DNA from: Balanoglossus misakiensis
Taxonomy: Eukaryota > Animalia > Hemichordata
DNA length: 64,000 nt
Assembly (NCBI GenBank): GCA_040954595.2
Contig: CM082582.2
Location: 6,698,063 to 6,762,062, forward strand
Direction of reading: 5' to 3'
Below, in pieces: positions 49,101 to 63,826 of the stretch. Position numbers and translations under genes: made by a program. Within the stretch, counting starts at the first letter, position 1, and each line of letters opens with the position of its first letter. The notes beneath the pieces are model-generated. The model did not search any database and had not been told where the DNA came from. It was given only the letters and a program-made list of their open reading frames with translations.

Positions 49101-52100
49101 GCAGACCGAAGTCGTAGTGCACCTACAAAAATGGAATAACAACTTGTCAATATATGGTGCATGAAGAAGAGAGGGAGGGAAATCAATTATGGGCATTTGT
49201 ACACGATGTTGGGTTCTGAATTTTTAACTTCGGAGACACTTGTATGAGATGTATGTACGTTTCACAATTGTTTTTATATAGAAGTACAGATGTCTATGCA
49301 GTAGGAATTTGTGGTGTTTTGGAATAAAAGAACTGTCACAACATGTAAACATCAGGGACGCAGCAAAACGCTATAGGATAGGGGAAAGTACCTGTTTGGT
49401 GAGCTGTTCTTCGCACAGCTTGTAGAGCGTGTAGAATTTCCTGGCCAGGATCATGTTCTCCATGAAACCGCAGCTGGCGAGCTTGACACGGATGATGATC
49501 TGCCGGTCGGGCACCATCATGGCGACCGTACGGAAGTTGATCTTCAGGTTCTCGGGGAGTTCCTGACGTCCAGCGTAACCGGGGTTCTGTAAAGAAATGC
49601 CAGTGCGGGAGATGCATTATATCATCAGCTTTTTCCATCACTGAAGAGTTACAGACAATATAGCAGAGAACATCACACATTAATTGAACAATGCGTAACT
49701 CACCATGGTCAAGAAGATACCGAATTCAGGATTCAGGTCGACGTTGTCGCCATCGGTGAAAATGAAGGCCTTCTTCCTCTCTTTCTTTGCAGCCAACACA
49801 ATAGCAATCTGTTGAGCTGCCACTGACAACACAGGCAGTTCAATACGGTTGAACTCGTCAAAGCAACCCCAGCTACCAGACTGGGCAAGACCTGAAATGC
49901 ACAATGACACAAACGAGAGATGGTGATTATATTTACAATAAATTATAACAATGTAGGGATTGATAATGTTTTATAAGTTGAAGATAAAAATTAAATATGT
50001 GTGTATTAATCCCCAGAACCAGGCTCAGATAAAACATTTCTGTATTACATCAAATGCTGCCAGGGGATGTGTAGTCTTCAATTGAGATTTGTAAAATTCA
50101 TCAGAGGATGTTTAAAATAAATCAACATCACCACATACCTTTGTAGATACGTCCCAGACCACGGTAGTCCATCTGATCAGAGCAGTTGAACACCACCACA
50201 TACTTTCCCAGAGCACGTCCCATGTCCTTGGTGGTTTCTGTCTTGCCGGTACCAGCGGGGCCAGCGGGTGCCCCGCCCATGCTCATACCCAGAGCTTGGG
50301 CCAATGTGATGTAACATCTGCAAGAAGAGGGCAACATAATTCAGCTGCAAGGCAGTGATGCACGGTTGAGATCCCACACTACAGCGTTCAGTGTAAGAAA
50401 CATTCATACTATGGCAACACAGCATCTGTTCTGAAAACAAACCTGAGAAGGAAAATGACTCGGGTCTCACCTGTCAGTCAACGGTGTAATTACAAGACGT
50501 TCCGTACACCCCAAGAATTCATTCTGGTAAATGAAGTCAACATCTGTGATGGACACCAACATCTTGTCGTTGTCTTCGTTGAAATAGAAACGCGACTGCT
50601 TCAGCCATTCAAAGTCAGTGGGTGTTCTGATGTGCATACGACACTGAAAAATAAAAACACAGGTGTTAGTAATTAATATTTTGGAGTCTATTTCACTGAA
50701 ATGGCAGTAACTTGCTATGCTCTGAGCCTTTTACGAGCCTTTCAACAGAAAGGTACACTTACCAGATCGTCGAAGATGTCTCTCTGATGCACGTGGATGG
50801 TGATCAGCGTCTCGTACTTGGTCCTCTCCACTTTCTTGAGATCTTTGGTGGTCATGTCGATCAGCGTGTTGAGGAGTTCCAGGAAGGCCTGGTTGGTCTG
50901 TGCCATGACTTTGCGGTCGTACTTGGCGTTGGTGAGAGCCTCCTGCGCATCCCTGGTCCAGATCATCTGAATACCCAGCAAGCCGACCTGGACGGGAGAT
51001 CAAAGTTTGTTGAGTCAACAGTTTGGAAACGACCTGATGAGAAAGTCTAGTTCTTTCTCATTACTGTCTAGATATACAAGTCATGTAAAGACAAACCTAA
51101 GTTAATAGCCACCTCTATATTGTGGAAACTTGTCTATAGTGGCCACTTTGTTACAGTCTGTCTGCAATTAGCATGTGAATTCATTGACCTGTCTATAAAG
51201 CCCTCGTTGAGAAATTCCCTAAACTGGCTACTGTAGACAGATTTGACTGTAATATCTTGACGGCAGTTCATTTTTATTCTGTACTGTTCTCTTAACTCTC
51301 ACAAACCACACGTGTTGCTTCTTGTATCTGTGATAGACACCGCAAAGTATACAGTATGTTCGCAAACAGGAAATGGTTCGATGCATAGAACTGTCACTTA
51401 CTTGAGCCGGGTACGTGTTCAAGAACTCAATCAGGTTGAAACTGGAGTCCTGCACGGCCATCGCTGCTGTGCGGATGACGACGTGCAAGGAATGCTGGGA
51501 CATCTTCAGCAGACTCATCAACCAAATCTCAACGTTGCCCTCAGCTCGCACTGGTTTCTCCAGCTGTTGTGGACAAGGAGGTAAAATGATGAACATTTTG
51601 AAGCCTGAACAAATCACATAATTGGCTATTATTTTTCTCTCATGTATCAACTCCAGTTTCTTGTTATAGTTCTACTTTGGATATTCATGCAATGTTAAGT
51701 CTTTAGCTTTTGAACAAAGCCTATTATAGAAGTAACAGCCATAATTGACATATGAATTCAAGCGTGGATTAAATTTTCAATAACAACAACAACAACAAAA
51801 ATGATGAGCTATTAAAAACCAAATATTGAGCAATTCTTTATGTTTTACAGAGTAGAACAAGAAACCACAGTTGATACCCAAAACAAAAACACTGAGAAAA
51901 TAGCCGAAAGTTGAAGTTATGTGATTTGAGCAAGTTTGAAATGTATGTCACGAGATCTGTTTCTTTCTCCCAACACATGAAAACCTCAGTATTAACTAAG
52001 ATGATGGCTGACCAGAGGGGAAATTGCCAGACCATACTTACATCGATGTGTTCACCTTCAGACGAGATGATACCCAACATTCTGTCGTAGTCCTTGTCGT

Positions 52101-55100
52101 GGAACTTCACCATCTTGATGTTGTCGAAGACGCTGAGAAGATGGGCCTGAATGGTGTGGGAGTCGCTGGCCTGACCCAGAATCTCCAGCAGTGCCGGATC
52201 CGACACGAAGAAGAATCTCGGGAAGAGGAGACGTTTCTTCTCAAGGTAACTGTTGCGGAAGAGGGAAGACGTTTAATTAGACACAGTCTGGTGGACAATT
52301 AATGGTGGTTGCCACATACAGGGCAGGGATAACTCAATATTTTAACACACTTCTATATTAAAGAAGTCATATGTCTTTTTTTTCATACACTTTTCAATGC
52401 CTTGTGTGTATTTGCTGTTTTGTTTGTTAACTCTCTGTTGTGCTTCTTGCATTTTCATATTGTAAATATTCTAATAGGATGCCACCAATACTATTTTTTA
52501 CTTCATTAAGTGCATCATATTACCCATCATGCATCAGAACAAGGTGCGACGGTAATAACAAGGTGAAACAGTGATTAAAGTTGTTGTTTGCGTAAAAATG
52601 TTGACAGAGAGAAACCTACCCAGTCAGGGACTTCTGACACAGCTCCAGCTGCTCCAACAGGTGAGGCAACAGCTGGCCCATGGTCTCGTCGCCCACGCAG
52701 CACTGTATCACGTTGGGATTCTCGTGCGCCCGGGTCATGATCTTCACCCAGGACTTGTCGATCTGGGAGAAGCGCTTGGCCTCCTTGGGCAGCTGCTTGG
52801 CGATGTCGCCGCCCACGAAGACGGCCTCCAGGTAGACCCACAGGTTCTGCACCTGCATCCAGTTCTCGATGATGTCCGTGGTGTTGGACAGGTTCTGCAC
52901 CCACGTCTGGATGTTCTTCTTGAACGGCTGGTTGTATCTGTCAGAAGGGCGGAAGGACTACCTGTAAAGTTTCTGTGCAGTATACTCTTTTCTTTCCTGT
53001 GACAACATTCAGTTTTGTTCTTGCTGCGGTTAAGTTATACATGGTTTATAGCAAATTTAAGGATTGGTGGCGACATTTCTGTCGCACACTGCCCTACCAA
53101 TGTCATAAACATTTGGCAAATTCAAATTACACCTGCCATTTGAAAATTTAAGTGAAATCAGGCTGCACATGGTTTACAAAACAGAGAGAGCTACACTCAA
53201 AGCAATGTGTTTACCGGTTGCTCAGCAACGAGCCGAGCACCATCAAGCTGTCCTCCATCAGACTGACGATCTCGGACGTGTTGTCTCCTCTGAGCAGCAG
53301 CTCGCCGCGGTTCTTGAAGTTGCCGAAGGTGAGAACTTGGGCGCTCCAATCGGCGATGACCTGCTTCAGTTTGGCTTCAATGTCCTTTTCTTTGACAGCT
53401 GAGATGCAAATATCCTAGAAAATTTGGGTGAAAATGGGTAAAAACTTAACTCTGATTGAAAGACTGTCGGTATGATGTTAAGGGTCAGGTAAATACTGAC
53501 CTGCGATGCGTCACTTTGGAGGTCAAGGGTCAAAACAATATATCCCAAGATGCATCAGCAGTAGCAGGATATATGCAACATATATAATTTGACAAACATT
53601 TTCTTAGAAAGAATGTTGATTGCAAAATATATGATAATTAATAATTAACATTACCTCTATATCTTCTTTGAATTGTAACAGAGGAGCTCTCATGATTTCG
53701 CGGAGGGTGAAATCCTCTCGTTCCACATCAAACACGTGACCTGTGGTCTCCTGCATGCGAGTCCAGTGGCGCGGCTTCATGGCCTTGTTGGTCATCAGTT
53801 CCAGCAGAGGACACGTTTCGTTGAAGTCGTCGATGGTCTGCTTGAGGTCGTTGAACGCCGGCCACTCCTTGAGAGCTCTGGGAAGCTTGCGGCATCTGTA
53901 CAGAATATAGGGCAGTATAGGTTAATTTTTTTTACAATACACCCATTGTATTATCCCTATCTAGAGGTCAAATTTTCTGTAGTGAAATTGGCTGATTTCA
54001 ATCATGGTGGATGGATCCATGCCATAATGCATTATTCAGCAAATAGATCTATTGCATGATACACTGGATAGAAGAATCACATCCAGTATGCCTTATCTAC
54101 CACCTGTAATGTTCAGGCATGGTTCTGCCATATTGAAACAAGTAGGTCCAACCAGAGAACAGTAGTCAAAATTGTATTGAGATTCAACATCACTTTAGAG
54201 ATTAAACTTTTACTGTGCAACTTGCGTTTCTTACCTGTTTTGGAAGTCCTGCAGTTCATTGTTGATCTTCTCAATGTCCACATCCGTCCATAGAATGTCG
54301 TAGTAACCATTCACTCTGTCAATGACATCGTTGTACAAACTGTACAGTTTCTGCAGGAGGGCCAGCTGCTTCTTGATCTCCAGCAGTTTCGGGTACGAGG
54401 TCACCGGCAAGCCGAACAGGTCCTCGCCACCAGTGTAGGTGATGTATTTACGGTACAGCGTGTCGAAGTGGTTCTGGAAGATCACCAGTCTGTCACTGGC
54501 CTCTTTGGGCGGCACACCTGGCACCATGGGACCAACCTGCAGACAGACAATCAGATGCGAGATCATCATACAGTTCATATTGTTTGATCTAGCAAAACCA
54601 AACTCACTGGAGTAATTACATGTCAATATTCAACATATGAACTTTACAAAAGAGTATTATTATTATCATTAAAGGAACTCGCAGCCATCCTCAAGGTCAA
54701 CAATCAAAGGTCAACGCAACTTCCTTAGCTTTCAACCATGGAATTTTCAACAGTAACTTGCAGATCACGTGTGTTACATGGACATGAGTGGACAGGGTTG
54801 GGGAAAAACACAAAATTCCCCAGATGGGTACTAGTACTCACTGTGTCATATTTTTCATAAAAGTTTTCGCTGTCAACGATGAACACTTTGACATTTTCAA
54901 TCAAGTTGCTGCGGAATTCAGGCTGTATCTTGACCAGGTAGCCCGATCGCTCTGATGCCAGTGCCACTAAGAGCTCCCACGAGAACCTCAGCGAGTCTGC
55001 ACGTTCAGATTCCTCCTTCGCAACAAGCAACTCATACTTGTTGAGCATGGAATACGATTCCTAAAAGAAAAGTTAAAAAAAAATAATTAATCAAAACTTT

Positions 55101-58100
55101 AGATTGGTGGTTTTGATATTTCACATTATGTTAACCATTTCACCCCCATTTCTCCTTTAGAGGCCCAGTTTTACCACAGAAAATAACGGATTCAGACCAT
55201 ACCATTGTGGTGAAAGGGTTAAAAAATATGTACGTATAAGACTAAGCACATTTAAATGACAACCTATCCTGGAGAGACTAGCGCTCACATTAACATGACT
55301 CCTCAAAACACGATGATTAACTGGCCCGTGAAGGTGCAACGTCAAAGAAATGAACCTTTCAGCCTACAGCCAGAGCTACCCTAAATCATATCAAATCCTG
55401 ACTCTGCCACTCACCTCAATGGGTCCAATATCCATATCAATGCGGATTTCATTTTCGCGGATCTCCCTCAGGGCCTTCATGGCCACTCTGATGTCATCCA
55501 GATCCTTGATGGGACGCTTCAGTCTCTTGGTCTCGTCCTCGATGAAGTTGAAGATGTCCTCCATCATGGTACGGTATTTGTCGTTGCAGTATCTGCCGAA
55601 GTGGACCACCCATGCACGCGTCTCGGTCGTCAAGGCGAGCTTCAACTTTTCTGAAATTTCAAACCAGGAACAGAGTTAAATTTTCTCAACATTCTAAAAT
55701 AACCTTTCAAACAAAAAAATGGCATTTAAGTGTATACAAATTCACAACTGGACTACTGCTTTGGGTTTTAACCCTTGGCACTCAAACGCCTTAGTGACCT
55801 ATCGTGTTATTTTCTCTCCAAGACAACACGATAAATACTTACGTGTGTACAAAGCAATGGCTCCCACATTGTAGAACTCCGGTTCATCCTTCACCTGGTT
55901 TTCCAGCTCGATGTAATACTGGATCATGGCGTAGAAATCGCCCAGTTTGGGATCTTCCTTCATGAACTCTTGCAGGGTCTCGTCTCTCTCCTTCTGCCAG
56001 ATCTCGTGGTAGTGCTTGAACTTATCCAGGGCTGTGGTCACTTCCTGTCAAGTCAAATTCAGGGTGCAAGAAAAAAATATATTGAACTCCGATGTTTTTA
56101 TTTGAACACTGGCAAATTCAACAAAGAATTTAGTTTTTCAATATTTTAGAAATATACATGCAGTAAGGCTGTATGACCTAGACTGATATTTCCACCTTAC
56201 CTTCTTCTGAGAATTAATGGCCGTTGACAGCAGAGACACTAATTTGGCAATTTCCTTGTTCTCGCTGACATTCTTGAAGTAGTTACTCTTGGGTTGGTGT
56301 GGACCAGCTGCATATGGGTCTTCAGATTTACCTGTTTATAGCAGAAAGAACAGAATGAAACGACAGAATACAGAAGCTGTTCTCATTTCCAGGATGAGAT
56401 TAAAGCTGAGAAATAAATGTTGACTAGCTTCTAGTTGAAAATTTAGGTCTTTCAAGTTCTTTTCTTTCATACTTCCAAGTGTTCGCTGCCTGACGCCAAC
56501 TGATTGACAAATCACAAGTAGTACTGTATTTAGTTTACATGTAGTTTCATTCCTTAGAAATTTCAAACAACAACAACAAATCGTGAGCAAAGAGGAAAAT
56601 TCTAGAGTTCGGGCAGACAACAGTCATAAAGTGTTTGATGAGATGATGTACCCAAATGTGGAATACTGTACCTTTCAGCCTTGATGATGCAGAACTCTCA
56701 GAATGTGCCATGCTCATAATACTCCCCCGTCGTTCCCGCTCTTCATGGGCTTCCTCTTGTTTATTCTGGTAAAAAAATTCCGAAAGTATTTTTAATTATA
56801 TGATCGCTTGTTTTTTCCAACCATGTCTTACATTCAACTTGTATCATAAATACAACAAACCAGACGAGCTAACTCAAGCAATACCATTCAACCTACTGGC
56901 CTTGTTTTAATGTCGTCTGCTTGGAGATGACGCCATGTTTTGGAAAGGCGCCCTCTTTATGAAACACAGCAAATGGCTGCACCAATCCTACCTTCTTCTT
57001 CCTTTCCTTGGACCACTGAGCCACGCCCCTGGACGCACTGAGAACCATCTGGGCCGCTTTGTTCACACACTGCTGAACGTCGTCCAACGCCGGCTGCATC
57101 ACGATCAGTGGAATGGCCAGGGCAACGTTACAATGGAAGAATGGTGCTTCCCTCTTGCTCTTGTCCTCCTCTGTGAATGGAAGCAATAGAACGGCAAATG
57201 ATAAGAAATGATGGCACAGAGGAATGACCCCCCTCCACCTTCCCATGTCGCTTTGCGTCATCTAGCTCATGAAGTGAATTTTTCATCATTTTGACAGTTT
57301 GACAGCATTGCAGACACAAGAGAAACCAAATTGTTTGAAATATGGGATATCTGAAATACTGAGTGAATCTGCATTTCTCACGGTTTCCCTCTCTCCTCAC
57401 ACCCCTCCCCCCCAAAAAACAACACTGATAAATATAAAACAGGAAAATACAAATTATTCCGTTTTATGTGTACCCATTAGCAGACTCTAGTGTTTGACAC
57501 ATATCAGACTGAATGACCTGCATGAGTGATAATCATCTTCATCCAGCAGCATTTCTCGGACCCAGTGCTTGTTCGCACGTACAACAAAACGCGGACTCAC
57601 CCACATACGCCAGATGGGAGCTTGAAGTGATGCGTCTCCTGATCGAATCCAGGGTGGACCTCGTCACCTTCAGGATGGCGTCCAGATTGCGGTGGTTGAA
57701 GTGAGACAGGAGCTCCTGGGCAGACTCTTCCAGGTTCTCTCTCTGCTCTCGCTTCTTCTTGGCCAAGGTGACCGCGGCCGCCGATTGGACCCGCGACGTG
57801 TGCCTGCTGTGGCTGCGTCCACTGCCGCGGGAGCCGGTCTCGCTGTGGCGTCGTTTTTTGTGTGCTTCTTCGTCTGTCGAAGAAGAAATAATCATTTCAA
57901 AAATATTCACTAGGGAAATTTATTTTATTGATGACTGCTTTCATACGCTTTCATGACCATAAAAAAATATGATTATCAAATAACCACCAACATTTCTTTT
58001 TTACCCCCTTTTCTTCCTCATACAAAATAAAATTGGTTTGACTTTACAGATAACATACTGGTAAAACTGACTGACATAAATAACAGGGGATGATTATTCA

Positions 58101-61100
58101 CAATCTTACCATCATCTTCATCATCCTCCTCTTCATCTTTCTCTTTTTCTCTCGCTTTCTCTCTCTCCCTTTGCTCCATTTCTGCCTCTTCCTCTCCGTC
58201 ATCCAGCTCATCAAGGATCAGCATGTTGATGAGCTCATTTGCTGCCTCTTCCACTTGGGTGCTCTTGATCTGTAGAGTAATGGCTCCCCGGTTGCACAGC
58301 TCCTGTCAGGACAAGTCGACAGACAAGACATCAGTACTAAGTTCCACAAAATGTGATTAAAATGTCTGTGTGGTGTTAAATACACGATCTCATACGAGTT
58401 GATGAAGGGGCAATGTTTCCTCCAACGCACATAATTTTTGAAAGCTTTGAGTCGATTTCTACAAATTTCTCTGAGTCAGCCCTATACTTTTACATGTATT
58501 GTGGATAATTTTCTTGAGTCAGCAGTGAGTTTGTTGGGTCAGTGGCGTGTCATATGGTCGGAGAGTGCAGTGCACTCTGAAGGGGAAAACTGCAGGGTGT
58601 GCATGACGTTCCATCAAAATGACTGGTGATGTCATAAGAACTTTAAGAATGTCTTACTTGTGTCTTCTCGAGGAACTTTTCAACCGTCCAGGGCTCTTCC
58701 TCTGGAAGTTCACACAGCAAGGTTGTGCTCATGTCCTGCAGTACAGAATTGATACGGAACTGCACCAGATCATTGGCACGGTCCATCAACAGCTCAAGCT
58801 CCCCTGCGATACAAAAAAAGTTGATTTTACTTTTTATTGCTTTGATGAAAATAGAAACATGCTACATGCATCATGACAAGTAGATGCTATGTGTGTATTA
58901 CAGAAAATGTAATTTTACAGTAGCATGCAAAACATGTACATATAAGTGCCAAGATCCAATATTCCTACAAATCCAAAATACATGTAGCATCAAATGCTAA
59001 AAGCATTATGGCACGATTCCAGTTTTGTAACAGCATATTACGAACGGTCATTTCTACATGTTTTACATAATTACACAGAAATTCAAAATATAGAGCATTT
59101 CCTATATGTCATCCAAGACATACCCTCACCCCAACAAAAATAAACACCAAAGTTGCGAGGACGCAAGCTGAAAGGTCAAAGACCTACCAAGAGATTCATA
59201 GACGCTGTCCACGTAAGCGTCAATGGTCATGCTGGTCCAAGTGAGTGTGGTCAGTCCAGGGTCAATGGCATCATCTAGTTTGGCCAGGTGAGGGGTCATC
59301 AGAGGTTCGAAAGCCACATGGATCTTACCACGGACACGTTTGATTTCGGATAGTAACATCTGCAAACCAGAGACAAAATGAGTGAAGTCAAGATTAGGGG
59401 ATCTTCTGAAAACACACAGTACAGGTGCTTAATTTTTAGTTTTCATAAAGTTGTAATGCTTTGTGCAACCAAAATAATACATAGGAGGCCCACAAAACAG
59501 GAAATTAAGCAAATTGTTACACAGATTATACGAAAACCAAGTCATACCTGCAGTTTGTTGTAATTCTCTTTGAAGTATCCTTGCTTCTGCCTCAAACCCT
59601 TGGCTGCCATGGAGATTTCCAGCCCCATCCTGGCCATGCACTCGGTCTCGCGAATCAAGGTCAAGATCTGCGGGTCAAAGTTCACGTACAGGTCCCCGCT
59701 CTCCGGGTGGCGGACCAGCAGCGAGGCGTGCAGGCCGGACTTGGCCGCCTCCACCTGCCGCAGCCAGGCGCGGTGGTAGAGGACCTCGAACTCCATCAGC
59801 ACCTTGGCCAGCTTGTTGAAGTTCTTGATGATCTTCTTGCCCTCGGGGGACTGCAGGATGTTGGGGAACTGCTGGAAGATCTCCATGGGCTCCTGGATGC
59901 GCCGGTACATCTGCCGGGCCCACATGATCTTGCCGGCGATTGGCGGGAGATCTCTGGCCACGGGCGGGTCGTTCTTGTTCTTCTGGTAGTTGCGCGAGGT
60001 GTTGTCGATTTCCCGCCCGTATTTCGAGAGGATGATGGAATATTTGTCTTCAATGCCCAGGTCTCCAATGTTCAGTCTGCAGAGACACGACAGATAAAAA
60101 AAAAAGTAGATCGTGATGTGATTCATAAAACGAATTCCTGCAGCTGCTTCTCACAATAAGTCAGCTTTAACCCTTTCACCGCCATGGTTCGGTCCAAGCC
60201 CATTGTTTTCTACGGTAAAGTTCGACCTCTGCAGTGGGAACTGGGGGTGAAAGGGTTAAACTTGTGAGTGAATTTTCACACTTTTAGATGAAACTGACCA
60301 ACCTACATACCTCTCAAACTTTCGGATCAACAGCAAAGCTCTTCCGACGCTGTGAATCTTGTCAAATGTGTTGTCCATGAATGATTTTATCTGGCCCTAT
60401 ATTTAATGATCCAAGTAACATCAAATTAGACAGGAAAAGTGACAAGACAGAAAAAAAATTATACACAAAAAGAATCTACTTAGCAATAATACACATTTGA
60501 CAACCCTACTTTTACTTATACAGTTCCTACCCGAGTATTGAGAACAATTGGGTTCAACCACTACATGGCAGTAAAACCACAAAATAGCTCACCTGCAGGT
60601 CTGAACACTGTCTTTTGAATTCATCATAGTCAGAATCAAAGTCCATCTTGCGCTGGTCCAGTGGATCGTAGGGTTTCTTCTTCATGCTTGTCGTAATGAC
60701 CTGGAATCTGTTTGCCATCAGTTCCATACCTTGGAGAACAAACAACAACACAGTCAAATGAAAGACATATATTTCATGCATTTTAAGATTGTATTTTTTT
60801 TAAAATTAAATATCACTGTTGCCACCAACAATCATTACTTTTGTTCATAGCCAAAGTGTTGATGTGATGAACTCTTTTTTGAAACAATTAAGCGACTAAA
60901 ACTGTCGACAAAATTTTCAGCCACTGTGAACAATCTACATGAGTTGCCTGAGATAGATTTTGGCTCTAAAAATTGGAATGGATCCTGGTCTCTGTTTTGT
61001 AAGTTAGAATAAATATCGCCTTACAACTGTTTCATATGGATTAGGCCCTGCTATAATATTTCTCAATGCGAATCATCATTTGAAAGTGTCTAACACTTCC

Positions 61101-63826
61101 CAGGATTGGTCCTACAGTAACGCACAAAACCTGTGTGAGGATCGCATATGCCACACTCATCCACTGAAGTCACTCACCTTCAATTCGACAGTCGGCAAGC
61201 TGTGTGTAGATCTGAATGGTATCGAAGATATCGATGATCTTCAGCAGTCGCCTCTGGAACGTGTCGAACTTCCCGAAGATGTACATCTCCGAGAAGTCGA
61301 ACTGTCTCTCGTCCGGCATGGTCTCCAGCTTCTGTTTGGTCTTCTGGAAGCAGCGCTGGTACTCCTGGTTCAGCTTGATGCAGGCCTGCAGCTTCTCGAT
61401 GACTTCGTCCCGCGGCTGCTCCCAGATTGTGTACATTCCGTTGCAAGTGATGTGTGCTTTGCAAGCGGTGATCATCTGATTTGTCACCTGAAAAATACAA
61501 TTTGTGAGAAATCTCCATCAGACAAATCCATACAGACTTTTAATTACTAACTTTTGACTTTCACAGAACTGAAGTCGTTCTGAAGATGAAAACGCACAGA
61601 CAAAACGTAAGCACAGATCAGAATACAAAATGATGCTATACAAATTCTACACTGATTCAAAATTGACTGACGTTCTCGAACACTGAACAGCAATCTGAAT
61701 AAATGACCAAATTTACAATGTAAACAACTGTACTTAAAAACAAGCAGAAATTGAGAAAAGCCCATTATGGCAAAAATCCGACCATTTAAATGAGATGACC
61801 CACCTTCACAAAGAGTGATGTCATCCTCTCTCTGGTGTTGTAGTATCGTGAGATGCTGTGAATCATACGGATAGCGTTGACGAGTCCCGGAATCGTAGCA
61901 ACCATGCCAAGCTGTGAATATGGAAACAAAGGGAGCACAGTTTATTGTAAATGTCAAAGGATCATTCACTGGGATAATTACAGGAACACACTAAAAGTAA
62001 AAGACCCAGTCAAATGGCATTCAATATGTATACCTCCCCAAATTAAATGGATGCACTCAAATCGAAATAAACGTATATTATTATCAACTTACAGGGTCAC
62101 TATTGTAGAGTGGATCACAGAATTTTTCCAAAGTGTAGAGGTATTTCACATTGTCCTTAGCTTCGTTGGCCGCATCTGTAATTCTCCTGTCCAAATCCAT
62201 CCAAATCTGTAGAAAACAGAAACAAATTAGGTCTTTGTTTTGTTTAATGACATATTATGAAACTGAACACATGACAGCATATGATATATACAGAGAGTTC
62301 ATCTTGCTAATTCAAATATGTGTGGACTGACTCTGCTTCGCTTTGTCTGTCTGTCTGTCACTCCCCTCAATCTCACCTTGATAGTTTTCGACTTGGCTGC
62401 TTGCAAGACATTCAACACAGCTTTGACCTCTGACCCTTTAATCTGATCCAAAAGATAGTTGAACTTGGCCATCCTTTTCTTCCAGTGTTCCAACTCGGCT
62501 CTAGGTCCAATGTTGTCTGCTTCCTTGCGCATCTGTTCACTCTCTGCCAGTACCTATATTTTCCCACATTAGCGAAAAATACATTAGTTTTTCCAATATT
62601 GCTTTTGTTTCCTCAAATATTTCAATCTATAGTGAATAATTAAGATCATCATCAGATGTTATTTCACTTTAGTTTGTTGACAATGTCAGACTCTTGTTGG
62701 AAGTCGGAAGCTGTCTATCCCATGCAATGAAATCTGCAATCTACTAGAATGTATGGATGTGATATAGTCATGCAGCTCATGATGATAATGAGGGTAATGG
62801 CACCATCAGTCACAATGATGCAACTTGTGTTGGTGGTAATGGCGACACCAGTTCTGCACCTACATGAATGTGAATGAAGCGTCTGATGATCAATGATTCA
62901 ACAAACTGATCATGAAGGATGATGAACACAGTGATTTTTAAAACATCACAAAACATAGAAACAATCTCAATTTGACTGCCCTCAGCCAGAGAAATCTGCC
63001 TTCTATGTAATGACTGTCCTGCTGCATGCGGTGCAGGGTAAGTGGGAAACACGGTGCAAATTTGAACACGGAATTTTGAAGCTAGCATGTCAGATTTATT
63101 GTGCTGTGTTCTCAAATACAAAGTGGTATTATTAAGCTCAATTAAAGCCCCAAGCACCTCTATTACCTTTCACACACAAAAAAAATTTTGCTATTTTTAT
63201 CATAATTACTTCCTTAACATTAGCCTTTCACACACACTACAAGCTGAGCTAATGTTGGCATGAAATCTGTGTGTTTTTCAAAAGTTGAAACATTTCTGCC
63301 TATTAATTTCAAAGCTCAGTGCTATTTTTCAACATAACATTATTTTATAGAAACCTTTTATATTAATACTTGATATAAATGTGCTGTGACATAAACTTCG
63401 ACAGGACAGCTGGGCATACAGGCAGATGTATCTGACTGTGGGCAGCGACCTCCACACGACCTCTCTCACCTGTTCGATCTGCTTGATCCAGACAGCGATG
63501 CAGCCCTCGATGGCCTCCAGCGACTCCGTGCTGTTGGCCGCGACTATGTAATCGTTGGGTTTCTTGAGCCGCGCCAGATTGTACGTCTGGCAGGGCTTAA
63601 GCTCGACTTTGTCGCCCAACGATTCCTGAGCCGCGACAAGGACACTGACGAAGGCGTCCAGAGTGTTGAGGAAATCGCTGCGGATGTGGGCGCCTTCGAC
63701 GTCGCCGATCTTCCCCCAGGAGCCGGAATTTTTCCTCAGCGCGGGCAGGAAGATGTTGGTCAGCAGGCCCTCGATGGAGTGCAACAGACTATTTCCCGTT
63801 GTATCTAGTACTGTATAGATGACGTC
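29169..63826 (-). CDS. DNAH5: Axonemal outer-arm dynein heavy chain (DNAH5/DNAH8, gamma type), about 68 exons in the window, 5'-partial
   Basis: Exons traced by eye from 63826-63470 down to 29555-29169. P-loops: AAA1 GPAGTGKTE (about 50236-50262), AAA2 GPSGAGKT (about 48047-48070), AAA3 GEQGTAKT (about 45260-45283), AAA4 GVGGSGKQS (about 42196-42222). Also [39 protein letters not shown] and the stalk/MTBD at 38341-40640. The C-terminus [14 protein letters not shown] is typical of DNAH5/8. The start codon lies beyond 64000. Confidence 0.95.
35155..35330. repeat. Compound (ATGA)n-(ATAC)n-(AC)n microsatellite
   Basis: Visible tandem tetranucleotide runs in a dynein intron. Confidence 0.93.
37316..37725. 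repeat. Palindromic non-autonomous element in a dynein intron
   Basis: Near-perfect arms of about 65 bp at 37316-37381 and 37395-37459 around a GAGCCGCAGGCGA loop, plus further TCTCACAC/GTGTGAGA hairpins at about 37655-37725. Confidence 0.8.
43174..43352. mobile_element. MITE, Tc1/mariner-type
   Basis: TA|CAGTCAAACCTGT...ACAGGTTTGACTG|TA with internal repeated TATAGA(C/G)(A)GGTGGTC units. Confidence 0.85.
43768..43830. mobile_element. Left-end fragment of a related Tc1/mariner-type MITE
   Basis: TA|CAGTAAAACCTGTC followed by repeated GGACACCTC units; no right end seen. Confidence 0.5.
46050..46142. repeat. Compound (ATCA)n-(ACCA)n microsatellite
   Basis: Visible tandem tetranucleotide runs. 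Confidence 0.93.
48352..48381. repeat. (AGGT)n microsatellite
   Basis: About seven tandem AGGT units. Confidence 0.85.
48858..48970. repeat. Compound (CAGA)n-(AC)n-(ATAC)n microsatellite
   Basis: Visible tandem runs in a dynein intron. Confidence 0.9.
51088..51251. mobile_element. Degenerate inverted copy of the 43174-43352 MITE family
   Basis: CCACCTCTATA, TATAGTGGCCACTT.GTTACAGTC and CCTGTCTATAAAG are reverse complements of the 43174 element; ends TTTGACTG|TA. Confidence 0.65.
55135..55218. mobile_element. About 85-bp piggyBac-like MITE (copy 2, dynein intron)
   Basis: TTAA|CCATTTCACC...GGTGAAAGGG|TTAA; similar along its length to 6213-6299. Confidence 0.78.
60171..60255. mobile_element. 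About 85-bp piggyBac-like MITE (copy 3, dynein intron)
   Basis: TTAA|CCCTTTCACC...GGTGAAAGGG|TTAA; the reverse complement aligns with 6213-6299. Confidence 0.82.
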
